Below, piece by piece: positions 1 to 10,300 of a DNA stretch of 64,000 nucleotides. The translations under genes were made by a program, and so were the position numbers. The notes beneath the pieces were generated by a model, which saw only the letters and a program-made list of their open reading frames with translations, searched no databases and was not told where the DNA came from. How positions within the stretch are numbered: position 1 is the first letter of the stretch; each line of letters begins with the position of its first letter. Location: assembly GCF_036321535.1 (NCBI RefSeq), contig NC_087439.1, forward strand, positions 67,890,001 through 67,954,000. Reading direction: 5' to 3'. Origin of the DNA: Camelus dromedarius (taxonomy: Eukaryota).

Positions 1-269
1 TTGAGAGACTCGGGTTGGAGGACTGAAATGGGCCTTTAAAAAAGACAAAGCACATCCCTTGAGAAACTGTCCTGAGTCCAGAGTACCTGTGGTCTGAGGT
101 ACCCATGGTCTGAGGCAGAGCTTGGCAGGATCCAGGGCGGGTTGGGGGGTCTGCCGGGTTTTGAGCTGATGGGATGTCACCAGCGACGGCTGCCCCTCCG
201 CCCTGTCCCCGTGGAGGTCTGACCTCCTCCCGGGGCATCCCAGGAAGCCGAGGTCACAAGACCCTGTGA

Positions 270-311
270 GTGAGACCGCAGTGGGAGGAGGTGAGACTGC
301 AGTGGGAAGAG
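270..311 (+). repeat. 21-bp tandem duplication (2 copies, 2 mismatches)
   Basis: gtgagaccgcagtgggaggag / gtgagactgcagtgggaagag. Confidence 0.85.
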
Positions 312-319
312 GACCTTAC

Positions 320-464
320 CTGTCCAGCCACAGCCCAGCACCTCCAGCCGCATCCCGATCCCCGCTGGCGACCACCGCTCAGGGTAGACCCGCACGTACT
401 GCGCCGGAACTGGGTCGAACCTCCGGATGTCGGGGGTGTCGTAGTGCATGTTCCCTTCAAACAG
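320..464 (-). CDS. NRP2: NRP2 exon 10 (b2 end, LFEGNMHYDTPDIRRF...LEVLGCGWT), 145 nt
   Basis: Acceptor cccctgcag|CTG, donor CAG|GTAAGG. Confidence 0.97.
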
Positions 465-2002
465 CTGCAGGGGAGACAGGCCACCCAGCCCTTCTCAGCA
501 GGACCCCTCCTCCCCCCTCACTGCTGCCCCTCCTCCCCATGCCCCTCCCCACCCCTCACACCAACCAGAAGGCAGCAGCAGAGCTGATGCATGGTCACCA
601 GACATTACAGTCCAGGGGAGCCCCACTCTCAGACCAAGGCTTTTACTCATTTAGGAGGTAGTTAGGGTCCCAGAAACATGGAAAACAGGGCACAGATGAA
701 AGCGGTAATTGCTGGGTTCTATCTTCTATTCTGGGATTGAAACTGTGGATTCAGGAAAGAATTAGGGTCTGAATGAGTCTTAAGCGGGATTTGGCTAGAG
801 AGGAGAGAAGGGGGTTTACACTGTTGTGCTTGTTCTGAAGTTCTCAGTTTATCAGAAAAAGAAGTTCTTTCCCTGATGCTTTAGTCTAGATTTAAAAAGT
901 CCCAGCTTGAAAGCCTAGATTTAGAAAGTCCCAGGTCACTGAGAGGCTGAAGGGAAAGGGACCAACCCTTCTCTAGGCTAGTGACAACTTCCTCTGGTCA
1001 CACATTGATGGTCCAAGACGGTGTTCCCTGATCCCCCAGCCTTCATCTAGTGGAAGAAATTTTGTTAAAAGAAACCTCACCTAGAACTATGCTACATAAA
1101 ACTGATGCCCGTGGGGCTGCCTTGGCTGAAGCCAGGTGGGGGAACCAACCCAGAGCACACCCGAGCATCAGTGATTTCGGGGAATGTTGGTGTGCAGGTG
1201 TGCCAGGGCCTGTGAGTCACCTCGTTTTGCAGGATGCTCACAATTCCAGAAAGGGGGCCACTGTCATGGGGAGGGCAGGCTCTGATCCTAGCTAAGACCA
1301 TCTCCTTTCCCAGGCCCCCAGAATGGTCCGGAAGAGCTAGGGTCAGCTGTCCCTGGGGAAGCCTGTGGTCCAATTTCTGCTCCATCTGCTGAAAGTTCCA
1401 GTTACCAAGCCCTGAGCCTTTCCAAGCCTCTGGAATTATGAGCTGAGAGTTTACATCAGCATTACAAAACCTCCAACCCAGCCCTCACTTCTGCATTAAG
1501 AATGGAAACATTTGCTTAGCAAAGGGGTTAAACAGAGACATGTGATACCCCTTTCTTGTTAGGGGCCCTGCTCTTCTGAGGAAAACCAGGGGTAACTTAG
1601 CAATGAGGATAGGAATGTCTGGCTGACCGGGAGATTAACCTGGATAGGGACAGAGGTGTCATGTCCTCTCCCCTTCCTGGGGCTCCTCCGTGGCCCGTGT
1701 TGAAGGCTGACCTTCATGCCTCTGAAGGCAGGAGAGGGTGCACTGCACTGGCCTGCACTTTGGTCTGAGTAAATTTCCCTAGCCTCTCCCCAGCCTCCAA
1801 GTGACAAGTAGGAAAGATCTAAACAGTCAAGACCAGGAAAATACAAAGGCATGCAGTAACATTCAGAAAAACAGTTGTTTTTGGAAGTAAATTCCCCAGT
1901 TTCTATAGTTGAGCCTCCAAGAAACACATCCCCTTTGGATGTCTGGACATTTCCAGGGAAACTTTATCTAAAAGAGGCTATAGAGGGCCCAAGTTACTAG
2001 AA

Positions 2003-2230
2003 AGGCAGTGTTGAGTAGTGGTTAGGCATTTTGGCTCTGGAGAGAGACTCGTGTCTGAATCATGGCTCTACCACAGGTGCTCTGGGACCTTCAGTGTGAC
2101 ATCAAGCTTGAGTTTTGTCGTCTCTAAAATGGGAGTGACCAAAGGATCGACCTTCTAGAGATGTTGTAAGGGTTAAAATAAGGCATGGAGCAGAGGGCCG
2201 GGCACAAAGTAAGCTCTCAGTTAATATTTG
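2003..2230 (+). mobile_element. MIR SINE, near full length
   Basis: ggcagtg...tagtggttagg...ggctctggag head, core-like tctaaaatggga, and ttgtaagggttaaa...ggcacaaagtaagctctcag tail. Confidence 0.65.
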
Positions 2231-2231
2231 T

Positions 2232-2237
2232 TTTATT
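2232..2237 (-). terminator. Candidate intronic polyadenylation signal AATAAA (intron 9)
   Basis: AATAAA begins 3 nt after the read-through stop, with a U/GU-rich ctttgtg stretch about 20 nt further downstream. Confidence 0.5.
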
Positions 2238-2240
2238 GGC

Positions 2241-2339
2241 TTATAGGGGTTGGTGATGACCGTCAAGACGGGAAAGCAGCACCCCCAAATCAACCTCCCT
2301 GTTTGGGGCAAGGTTAGCGAGTCTCCAGGAACAGCCTAC
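2241..2339 (-). CDS. NRP2: Intron-9 read-through tail of a putative soluble s9NRP2-like isoform (VGCSWRLANLAPNREVDLGVLLSRLDGHHQPL*)
   Basis: The exon 9 frame stays open for 32 codons into intron 9 to TAA at 2243-2241. It starts VGCSWR like the human s9 isoform tail as recalled. Expression is not shown by the sequence. Confidence 0.5.
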   Translation of the reverse strand, partial: VGCSWRLANLAPNREVDLGVLLSRLDGHHQPL

Positions 2340-2689
2340 CTTTGGCTGCTGGGTCCTGGGGTCCTGGATGTGTTCCCAGTCCTTGCCATTTAGGCTGTAG
2401 GAGACTTTGAACTTGCGCACAAACGCCCTGGCTTCCACCGCGGTGATGCTGTCTCCTCCACGGGCCCCCTGGATGATGACACCTTTCACCATCTTGGGCA
2501 CTCCCAGGTCCACCTGAAGCCATTCCTCACCCGGCTGGGCCTGAGGGATCCGGGGGAACCAGCCCGAGCGGCTGCTGACCAGGCGGGCGGCACTGGGGCT
2601 CCAGAGGTACTCGCGGGTGGAGGAGGCAGAGATCTGAGAGTCGGCGATGAGGCCAGAGAGCATCCCCAGCATGTTGGAGCAAGGGGCAT
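2340..2689 (-). CDS. NRP2: NRP2 exon 9 (b2 domain, DAPCSNMLGMLSG...RTQQPK), 350 nt
   Basis: Acceptor ctctccccag|ATGCC, donor AAG|GTAGGC. Confidence 0.97.
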
Positions 2690-2825
2690 CTGGGGAGAGG
2701 GAGGAAGATACAGGAGGTTCTGCTGGTACCCTCCTAACTGGAACCACCCCCATCAGCAGGGAGCTGTCAAAGAACCTGACTATCAAACACATTAAGTCAG
2801 AACTGATTTCTTTACATTTCAAGGT

Positions 2826-3072
2826 AGGATAGCACTGTGGTTAAGAGCCCGGACTGGGTGCCAGACTGCCTGTATTCACGTTTGCTTTGTCACTTACTAG
2901 CTGTGTGACCTTGGGAAAATGATTGAAGTGCTCTGTGCCTCAGCTTCCCTAGATCTAAAGGAAGGCTAATAGCAGTACTTACCTCTTGTTGTGAGGGTTG
3001 TTGTGAGGATTCCGTTAGTCTACAAAACTCGCAGCACAGCACCTGGCATGGCTGAGCATCTCACATGCTTAG
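2826..3072 (+). mobile_element. MIR SINE, near full length
   Basis: gtggttaagagcccggact...cacttactagctgtgtgaccttggg...ctctgtgcctcagcttcc...gttgtgaggatt. Confidence 0.75.
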
Positions 3073-3229
3073 CCAGGGACTTTCACATCCTTTTTTGATG
3101 ACAAGACACCCAATGACCCCCCTGGAGGCGGTGAGCAGGGGAGCTCAGCTGAGCACTAAATTGTCACCTGGTGATTGTTTCCCCAACTAGATGGACCCCT
3201 TCCTGGGGCTAGGATTTTACTTCCACAAG

Positions 3230-3602
3230 TGTTATCGCAGCTCTTTACTGCTGTTCCCGCTACCCAAAACGCCCTTCCACTTAGTCATCATCAGCTTTAC
3301 TCACGCCCCAGCTTAAGAGTCACATCCTCAGAAAGGTTGTCCCCATACTTCCAGTCAACAGTCCACGAAGTCCCCTCAGTCCCTCTCAGAGCACCCTGTC
3401 CTTTACCTACACACATGCATCTTAGTGTATGATCATCCCTGGGCTTGCATTTGCTTATTATCTATCTTGCCCACCAGCCTGGAAGTTCCATGATGTCAGA
3501 GACCCCAGCTGCTAGTTCCCTTCTCCTGTTCCTTTCCCGCTCCCAGTGTGGGGCCTGGCACACAGCAGGTCTTCCCTCAGTACACGCGCAGTGAATGAAT
3601 GA
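3230..3602 (+). mobile_element. L2 3' fragment
   Basis: cctggcacacagcagg...tgaatgaatga terminus and a preceding L2-like segment. Boundaries approximate. Confidence 0.5.
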
Positions 3603-3777
3603 GGGGAGTGTGCGTGAAGAAGCGGTACCCAGCAAGGCAGAGTCTAGAGTCAGTGTGTGTTCAATACCTGTACACTGAGTTACAGGTAAAACCAAGCCAT
3701 CGGTTTACAGAGGGTTCAAAGGGGAGCAGAGCCTAGGACACAGTCCTCTTCCCGACATCACAGGAGCCCCACTTTAC

Positions 3778-3922
3778 CTGTGACCCGGCAGCCAAAGAGC
3801 TCCAGGCGGAGGGCGATGCCCGAGTGCCAGGTCTGAGGGCGGACCCTGACGAAGCGCGTCAGCAGCGGCGAGTGCAGTTTGTTCAGAACCACCTCCGTGG
3901 CATCGTTGTTGGCTTGGAACAC
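3778..3922 (-). CDS. NRP2: NRP2 exon 8 (b1 end, VFQANNDATEVV...LFGCRVT), 145 nt
   Basis: Acceptor tgttacag|GTG, donor CAG|GTAAAG. Confidence 0.97.
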
Positions 3923-5034
3923 CTGTAACATGAGATGCGAGTCCACGTTATTGAATTTCCCCGTGCGGTTGAGCCACGTGAGCAGTCTTTGATTGAGGGG
4001 GGTCAGTTCTGTTCAATTTTATTTCTCTCAACCTTAAAAATAATCAGTGGGTTTGTTGTTCAGTGCTTATTTCGGAAACACCGTGAAAAAAAAATTTAAT
4101 TTCTCATACTGCTCTAACTTGAAAATAATGAACGGTCTTCACAAAAACTTTTGGAGGGAAGGAAAATGTTGCCTCTGGGCTTGACAGCAAAGCAGAGGAA
4201 GGGGCTGTGAACTTTCAGAAACTAAGAGAGAGGTGGGGGGAAAAAAAGAGAAAAAGTAGGGTATCCTTTAAAAATGGAGCAGAAATGTCATCTTTTAGGG
4301 CTAGCTGACCTCACTCACTAGCTTGAACTTGACTTTCCCACTTCCTCAGGTTGCAGGCATACAGAAAGATTTGCAGTGTTTTATAATTACAAAGGGCTTC
4401 ACAATTGTTTTTGTTAGTTACCTAGAGGCCTCCCTGCTCCATGTGGCGGGTGAGAGGGTAGGGGGCACCATCTACCCTCATGCCCCTGTGTCAATCAACA
4501 CTTTCTTGGTTCTTTCTGGTCTTTGTTGTAGGGTCAGGGTTGCAGACAGACCGTCGGAGTCCTGCTCTGGCTTCCTCTCACTGCAGTGCCCGTCTTGTAA
4601 TGAAATCCATCCCTGTCCCCATCTGACCAATGCATCTCTTCTGGGAGGAAAGGCTTTTCGGAGTAGCTTCTAATCCAAGATGGTAGGAGCAAGTTCTAGC
4701 GTACCAGATGGCCTCAATCAATAACTGCCATATGGATCTTATGCTTTTTTGTGCTCTCCATTAAAAAAAGAAAAAAAAAGTAGCTGGAGCAAGTATACAT
4801 GAGTTTCTCTTGGTTTCCCTGGATAAGGATGGAGGGAAAGACCAACTAGCCAACCATCCCTCCCAAATCATACCTGTAACAACCAGGTGACTGTAAGTCT
4901 ACTCACAGCCAAGGCTTCAAAGACTAGCAAATCCTCTTGGGAAGGGGGACTAGATGCTTCAGCTCACGGCACCTCCAGCGTGGGAGCTGTTTGGGCACTG
5001 ACAAGGCTGGGACAAGAGGAATGGGGACTTGGTC

Positions 5035-5150
5035 TATTTGAATACCCTTGAGCCAGACACTGTGTAAACACAATTAGCCTACAACACCCTGGGAGGTAAG
5101 TATTATTATTTCCACTTTACTGATGAACAAACAGGCTCAGGGATGTCTGT
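5035..5150 (-). mobile_element. MIR fragment
   Basis: cctacaacaccctgggaggtaagtattattatttccactttactgatgaacaaacaggctcag. Confidence 0.6.
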
Positions 5151-6549
5151 CTGGATCTCGAGCCCTTGCCGTGTTTTTAGGCTTCAGGCTTGTGGTTTCC
5201 TCCCTTGACTCTCACCTCTTTTAATAAATCTGCAGTGTTTATGTTGGTGGCTAGGCATCATGGAGCCCGTAAGGTCCCCAAGCATGGGTGGAATGGAGGT
5301 AGAGCTGCTGTTCGGTGATGTGTTCCCTGTGTGTTTATAATCCCAACGAAGCATGCTCTGGGTAACAGCAAAGAACGGCACGGGAGCTGAGAGCTAATTA
5401 ACAACATGTCCTTTCTTCCTTAGGAACTGTAACTAGGAACTCTGCCATTTGGCAACCTCGAACCTTTGATATTTCCCACTTGCAAAGGTCAGAATTAGAG
5501 CCATTTAACAGCACCTCACTGATGGTGGGGGGCAAGGCTAAGAGACATCATACCTTTGGCAACCAAGTGAGGGGAAGTGGCCTGTTTAAGGAGAGGAGGA
5601 AACAGGTGTCCCCTGGTCCACTGTACTCTGCTGAAACCCCTAGTTCCTGATGCTAAGCCCACCGATTCCAGGGGAGCTCCCCCGAGCCCGCAGGCCGCCA
5701 GCTTCCTCCTCTGCAGCCTTGTTGCCCGCAGCGGGCACCGAGGCAAGACTGCCTGCCCACCCATCCCTCTCAGTTTCTGTTTGGCTGCTTCCTGCATCGT
5801 GATTGAGGACAAAGAGGGGTGAGAAGACAAAGCAAGGGAAGAAAAAGGGGCAAGAAAGCAGAAGGAAAGAGGGTTAGAGCCAGACACCTGGGAGAAGACC
5901 TAAGGAAGTGAGAGATGCCAGAACCTCTGTGATCTAATCTTGGGGAGGGACGACCGCAAGGGGGGCCTGGGAAAGCCCAGACCACGCCACGCCCGTTCTT
6001 TGGCTTTCTCATCAGCTCTGAGGAAAGGGCTGCAGGAACTGCATCCAAGGGGAGGAGATTAATCAGTTCTCCTAGAATTCAACATGAGGCAGAGGCTTTT
6101 TGTTTGTTTTTTTGTTTTGCTCTGGCAGGGAAGAAGCAAATGCAGCATTCTGCTTATTGGGGACAGGTGCTGTGAGCAGCGGGGGGCCACCACTGGCCTG
6201 TTCCCCCAGGACGGTGACGGTGTGTGGCCTCCATCAGGAGATGCTAAGGAGTTCATATGAGGTGGGGGGGCTTGATTTCCACGTGAATATAGAATTAGAG
6301 CGTTGAGTGGATCTGAACTTTAACATGGCTGCTAATCCACAGCACACACACCACGCTGGTAATGTTTAGAAACCCAGCACGTCTTATGTGTTTTTAATAC
6401 CCAGTTTTATCTTATCTGGCCCCTTCATTTCTCAGCCTTGGCAGTCAACACCAAGAAACCTTCTCTATCTTTCCCCAGTCAGGGAACGACTGATTCTTTG
6501 GACTGTCTTGGGAGGCTGGCGGTGGGTGGGCACGGGGGTCCATGTCTGC

Positions 6550-6567
6550 GGGGGGGGGGGGGGGGGG
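6550..6567 (+). repeat. Poly(G) run, 18 nt
   Basis: Read directly from the sequence. Confidence 0.9.
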
Positions 6568-7257
6568 CTGGCCTTTGCATGGATGCATGTGGCCTCAGGC
6601 CTTGGGTGTGCCCCCTGGATCTCTGCCTACAGTGGCATCAGTCAGAAAGGGAGATAAGCCCACAATTTATTTACCTTAGGCCGTGACCTGGTTGCTCAAA
6701 TTGAGCTTCATTCTGCTATTCCGTTTTGCTCACTCTTCTGGAACCAAGTGAAGGCTCTTTCAACGTGGCCTCAAATCATCCTTCCTACGTCCAAGCCCAG
6801 ATCCTTCCTGGCATTTTGTTTGCTCTTGACCTTATGTTCATGTCTACCCTCCACTCTTTGGACCCTTAGCTGAAGGAATACCATCTTATTTTTATTAAAC
6901 TTTTTCTATACTTCTCACTCTGTGGTGGGCATAGTGGGAACAAAAAAAGTCCAAACACCACTGAACCAGGAGCCAGACTCTGCTGTTAATTAGCTCCTAA
7001 GTGTGGGCAAATATCTCCACCTCCCCCGGGCCCCAATTTCCTCCTCTAGTAAATGAGCAGGTTGTACCAGTTGATTTGTAAGGTCTGTTCTGGCCCCCAG
7101 ATTCTAAGGCTTTCCTCACAAGAGTTTCTTATTTAGAAGTGTCCCAGGAGTGTCCACTTTCTAACAGCGCATTTTAGTTCCCATTGTCCCTTACAGACTA
7201 AGTGCTTTTGTGGACAAGTGCCGTGGATTTTCACCCCCTTCAAATAGTGCCCATAGT

Positions 7258-7398
7258 AGGGAGGATATAGCTCAGTGGTAGAGCACATGCTTAGTGTGCA
7301 TGAAGTCCCGGGTTCAATCCCCAGCACCTCCATCAGAAAATACATAAATAAATAAACCTACTTACCTCTTCCCAACCCCACCAAAAAAAAAAAAAAAG
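7258..7398 (+). mobile_element. Camelid tRNA-derived SINE (Vic-1-like), full length with TSD
   Basis: A box TAGCTCAGTGG 7268-7278, B box GGTTCAATCC 7311-7320, A-rich tail, and a 14-bp TSD TCAAATAGTGCCCA at 7240-7253 and 7399-7412. Confidence 0.85.
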
Positions 7399-10300
7399 TC
7401 AAATAGTGCCCAGAACACACGGTGAGTGCCCCACTCAAAGGGAGAATATACCTTGTGATGTTTTGGTTCAATCACATTTCAAATTATTAATAACAAAGAG
7501 TAATGAATAACAATACCTCAGTCCTCCCGTATTGTCTTTTGCCCAAAGACATCAAAGTGCAGTTTATGAGACTCTATCTTTAATGAAATATTAAGCAGTT
7601 TCTATCCCTCCTGACCCAATGGATGTACAAGGTCTCTATTTTTCTCCCTGCACCTCCCTATTTATAGCTGGTAAATGCTATCATATATTATACATCTTTA
7701 TGAATTTCTCAATGCCTCTGTGGTTTCAGAATCACCTTTCATATGTTTTCTGATCAAATTCTCTGAGATGGATTCTTGGCTTCCAGTCTAGGCATTGCAA
7801 GGTAAGGGGCTGTGTGCTTGGGAAATGATGCCAGGAAATTGGTTTTACTCCCTAGTCCCTGCCGACTCACTCCATGACTATAGGCAAATCAATAAACCTT
7901 AGATACCTTGGTTTCTCCTTTAGGAAAATAAAGTCAATAACAGGCTTGTAGATAGACCCGAAGGTTCACCAGCCCTCCCTGCTGGCTCCTATGCCTGCGT
8001 GACACCCAGGACAGATGTTAGACTAGAAGCTTTGTCACAAGCAACAAATGGGGCTTCGTTCAACTGGGGGAGTCCAAGTTCTGAAAGCCACTGACTCCCA
8101 CGTCCCACCTCGAGGCCAAGAATTTTCAGGCTATAACTTGGCAGTGAGGTGTCCATATTGCTGAGAAAACTCAGTGAATTGTCAGCGTATGGTGCACCCA
8201 GATAGACGTATCTCAAACGTGATGATTGCATTTTAACATCTGCTTTAAAGAGCTGAATGTCGCAGATGGTGTATATTTTTGTTAATTTTAAAAGAAAAAT
8301 TGTTAGTCTGGTTGCTTTATCACCCGAAGGAAACCCAGAAGTGTGTTCAAGGTGATTCTAGCTTTCTTTAGAGGTGGGGATAGTGTTGATTATATCGTAA
8401 TCATTCAAAAAAAAAAAAAAAAAAACGAAGCTACGTCGAACATAAAGATTTCTGCAAGTGCACCTCTGTAAACCAAGTTTAAAAAACAATTCAGGGCACG
8501 AAGTGGTTTGGAGAATCCATTTGGTGCCTCGCTGAATTCTGAATGCAATCCAACACTTTCCAATTGATTCTTGAGACCTTTGGTTTATTTTCAGTAAGAC
8601 AGCATCTGAAACTAGCAGCACTTCATGGATTTTCTGATTTGCACCTCTGGGGGAGGGGGGGGGGCATCTGCCAATTAAATTGGCTGCTATCCAATATCCC
8701 AGTTTGGTTATTATCTGCAACCCCCACACTTCTCCCCCCAGGAAAAGAAAATCAACATGTTTTGACCAGGCCTGTGAGCTCATAAGGAATGGACTATAAT
8801 ACTATGTGGAAAAAAAAAAAGAAAAGAAAAATACATATATATAACTCTGATAAGAAACATCTAACCAGAAATCATCCCTGATGGCTTCTGAGGTCATCTG
8901 TTCTCTGATTTTCACCCTATTTCTGGTCACAGCCACCTCTCCCTGCTGACCCCTTCCCTAAGTCCTCTTTGAAGGCTATGCAGTGACTCGGGCACTGCTG
9001 AGAACAGCAATGCCTAGCTTGGAGGCCTCTAGGAGGGGCATTCTCTGCCAGCGCTAAATCCCCCTCCCGCAGACCATCCATCTCTGCCATCTGCATCCGG
9101 GTGCCCAGGCCAATGTAGATGGTCCACGCCTGTCAAAGTCTTTGAGCTCCTTGGTGGAGACAGTGCAGGCTCGCGGTGTTCCTGACTGTTTAACCTCCTC
9201 AGCGGGGCAGGCCCTCATTACGTGCATGGCTTCCCACTTGAGTAGGGCTTCAGCATTCCATCTGCACACGCCTACGGAGTGACCTACAGTTTATTTCTAT
9301 TTTGCTGTAAAAATCTGAACGCGGCCAGCTCCAGGGACGACGCAGAAAGCAGGAAATTTTTCAAAGACAACACAGTGCTGGAGCCCTGGGGTAGAAATTG
9401 TGCTGGAAATCTTCTTCTTCTTCCTTTTCTTTTTTTTAATAAATATTTCTCTCCACTAATAAATGTTTCATTGCATCCAAAATTCTCCTTTTCAATCTGC
9501 TTGGCACAAACACTCAAGGAAGAGAACAAAGCAGGCCAAGGAGGGAGGCGGCAGGAATGGAGGGCAGAGATGGGGAAACCAGTAGCACATTTTAAAAAAC
9601 CATCTCTGAAACAAGTGCGCCAACTCACCCCTACTGCCGAACCATGTGCCAGCCCTCCCTCCCCCACCCAACACTTGCGTTTTCTCTAAAACCAGCCATC
9701 AGGGCGACACGTAGAAATAAATTGTTAATCAATGAATGCCATCCTGTTTAATTAATTTGTTGCACCAAACAGGCAAGAGTGGGGGTGTGGGGGTGCTGCA
9801 TTCAGGGAAAATGATGTTAAGGTAATGGACTTTTTTTTTTTTTCCTGTTTGTAAATCATGGTCCTGACATTTCTCTCTTAAAACTCTTCCTTAAAGACTA
9901 AAATTTTTTTGAAGCTGCTTTCATTCTAGTGACTGTGGGAAGTTAGCCAGATACAGAATCAGAAGGTTCTGTCTCATATATATATGAGAGAGAGAATTTA
10001 AAGGAGGGAAGGGAAGGGATGGAGGAGAGGGCAAAGAAATTCCCTAACCACTAAATGCTCATTTATGACCACGGTGCCCTCCTGTCTCCTCCTGCTTGAC
10101 TTTGGGGCTGTTTTTGTCATCAAGCAGTTTGGCTGACGTGGAGGAGGAGATGGACGAGCAGGGCCTTGTCGTGGGGCATGGGGCAGGGGAGGCCGCTTTC
10201 TTTCTGGGGGTGGGATGTGCACACCCTCATCTGTGTATGCCTTGTGGGGCCTGTTAGATTTACTGCAGGATTATGTTACCCCCATCGAGACGCTGAGCCC

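Noticed and set aside
177-319. Exon 10 read-through ORF (GKVLFPLQ...RRW*) as another soluble isoform
   Set aside because: No AATAAA is visible downstream within the window and I know of no such NRP2 isoform.
7258-7335. tRNA-Ala-like gene (also at 21030, 42617, 50625)
   Set aside because: The tRNA-like head continues into an A-rich tail with TSDs and the cloverleaf pairing is degenerate. These are SINE copies, not tRNA genes.
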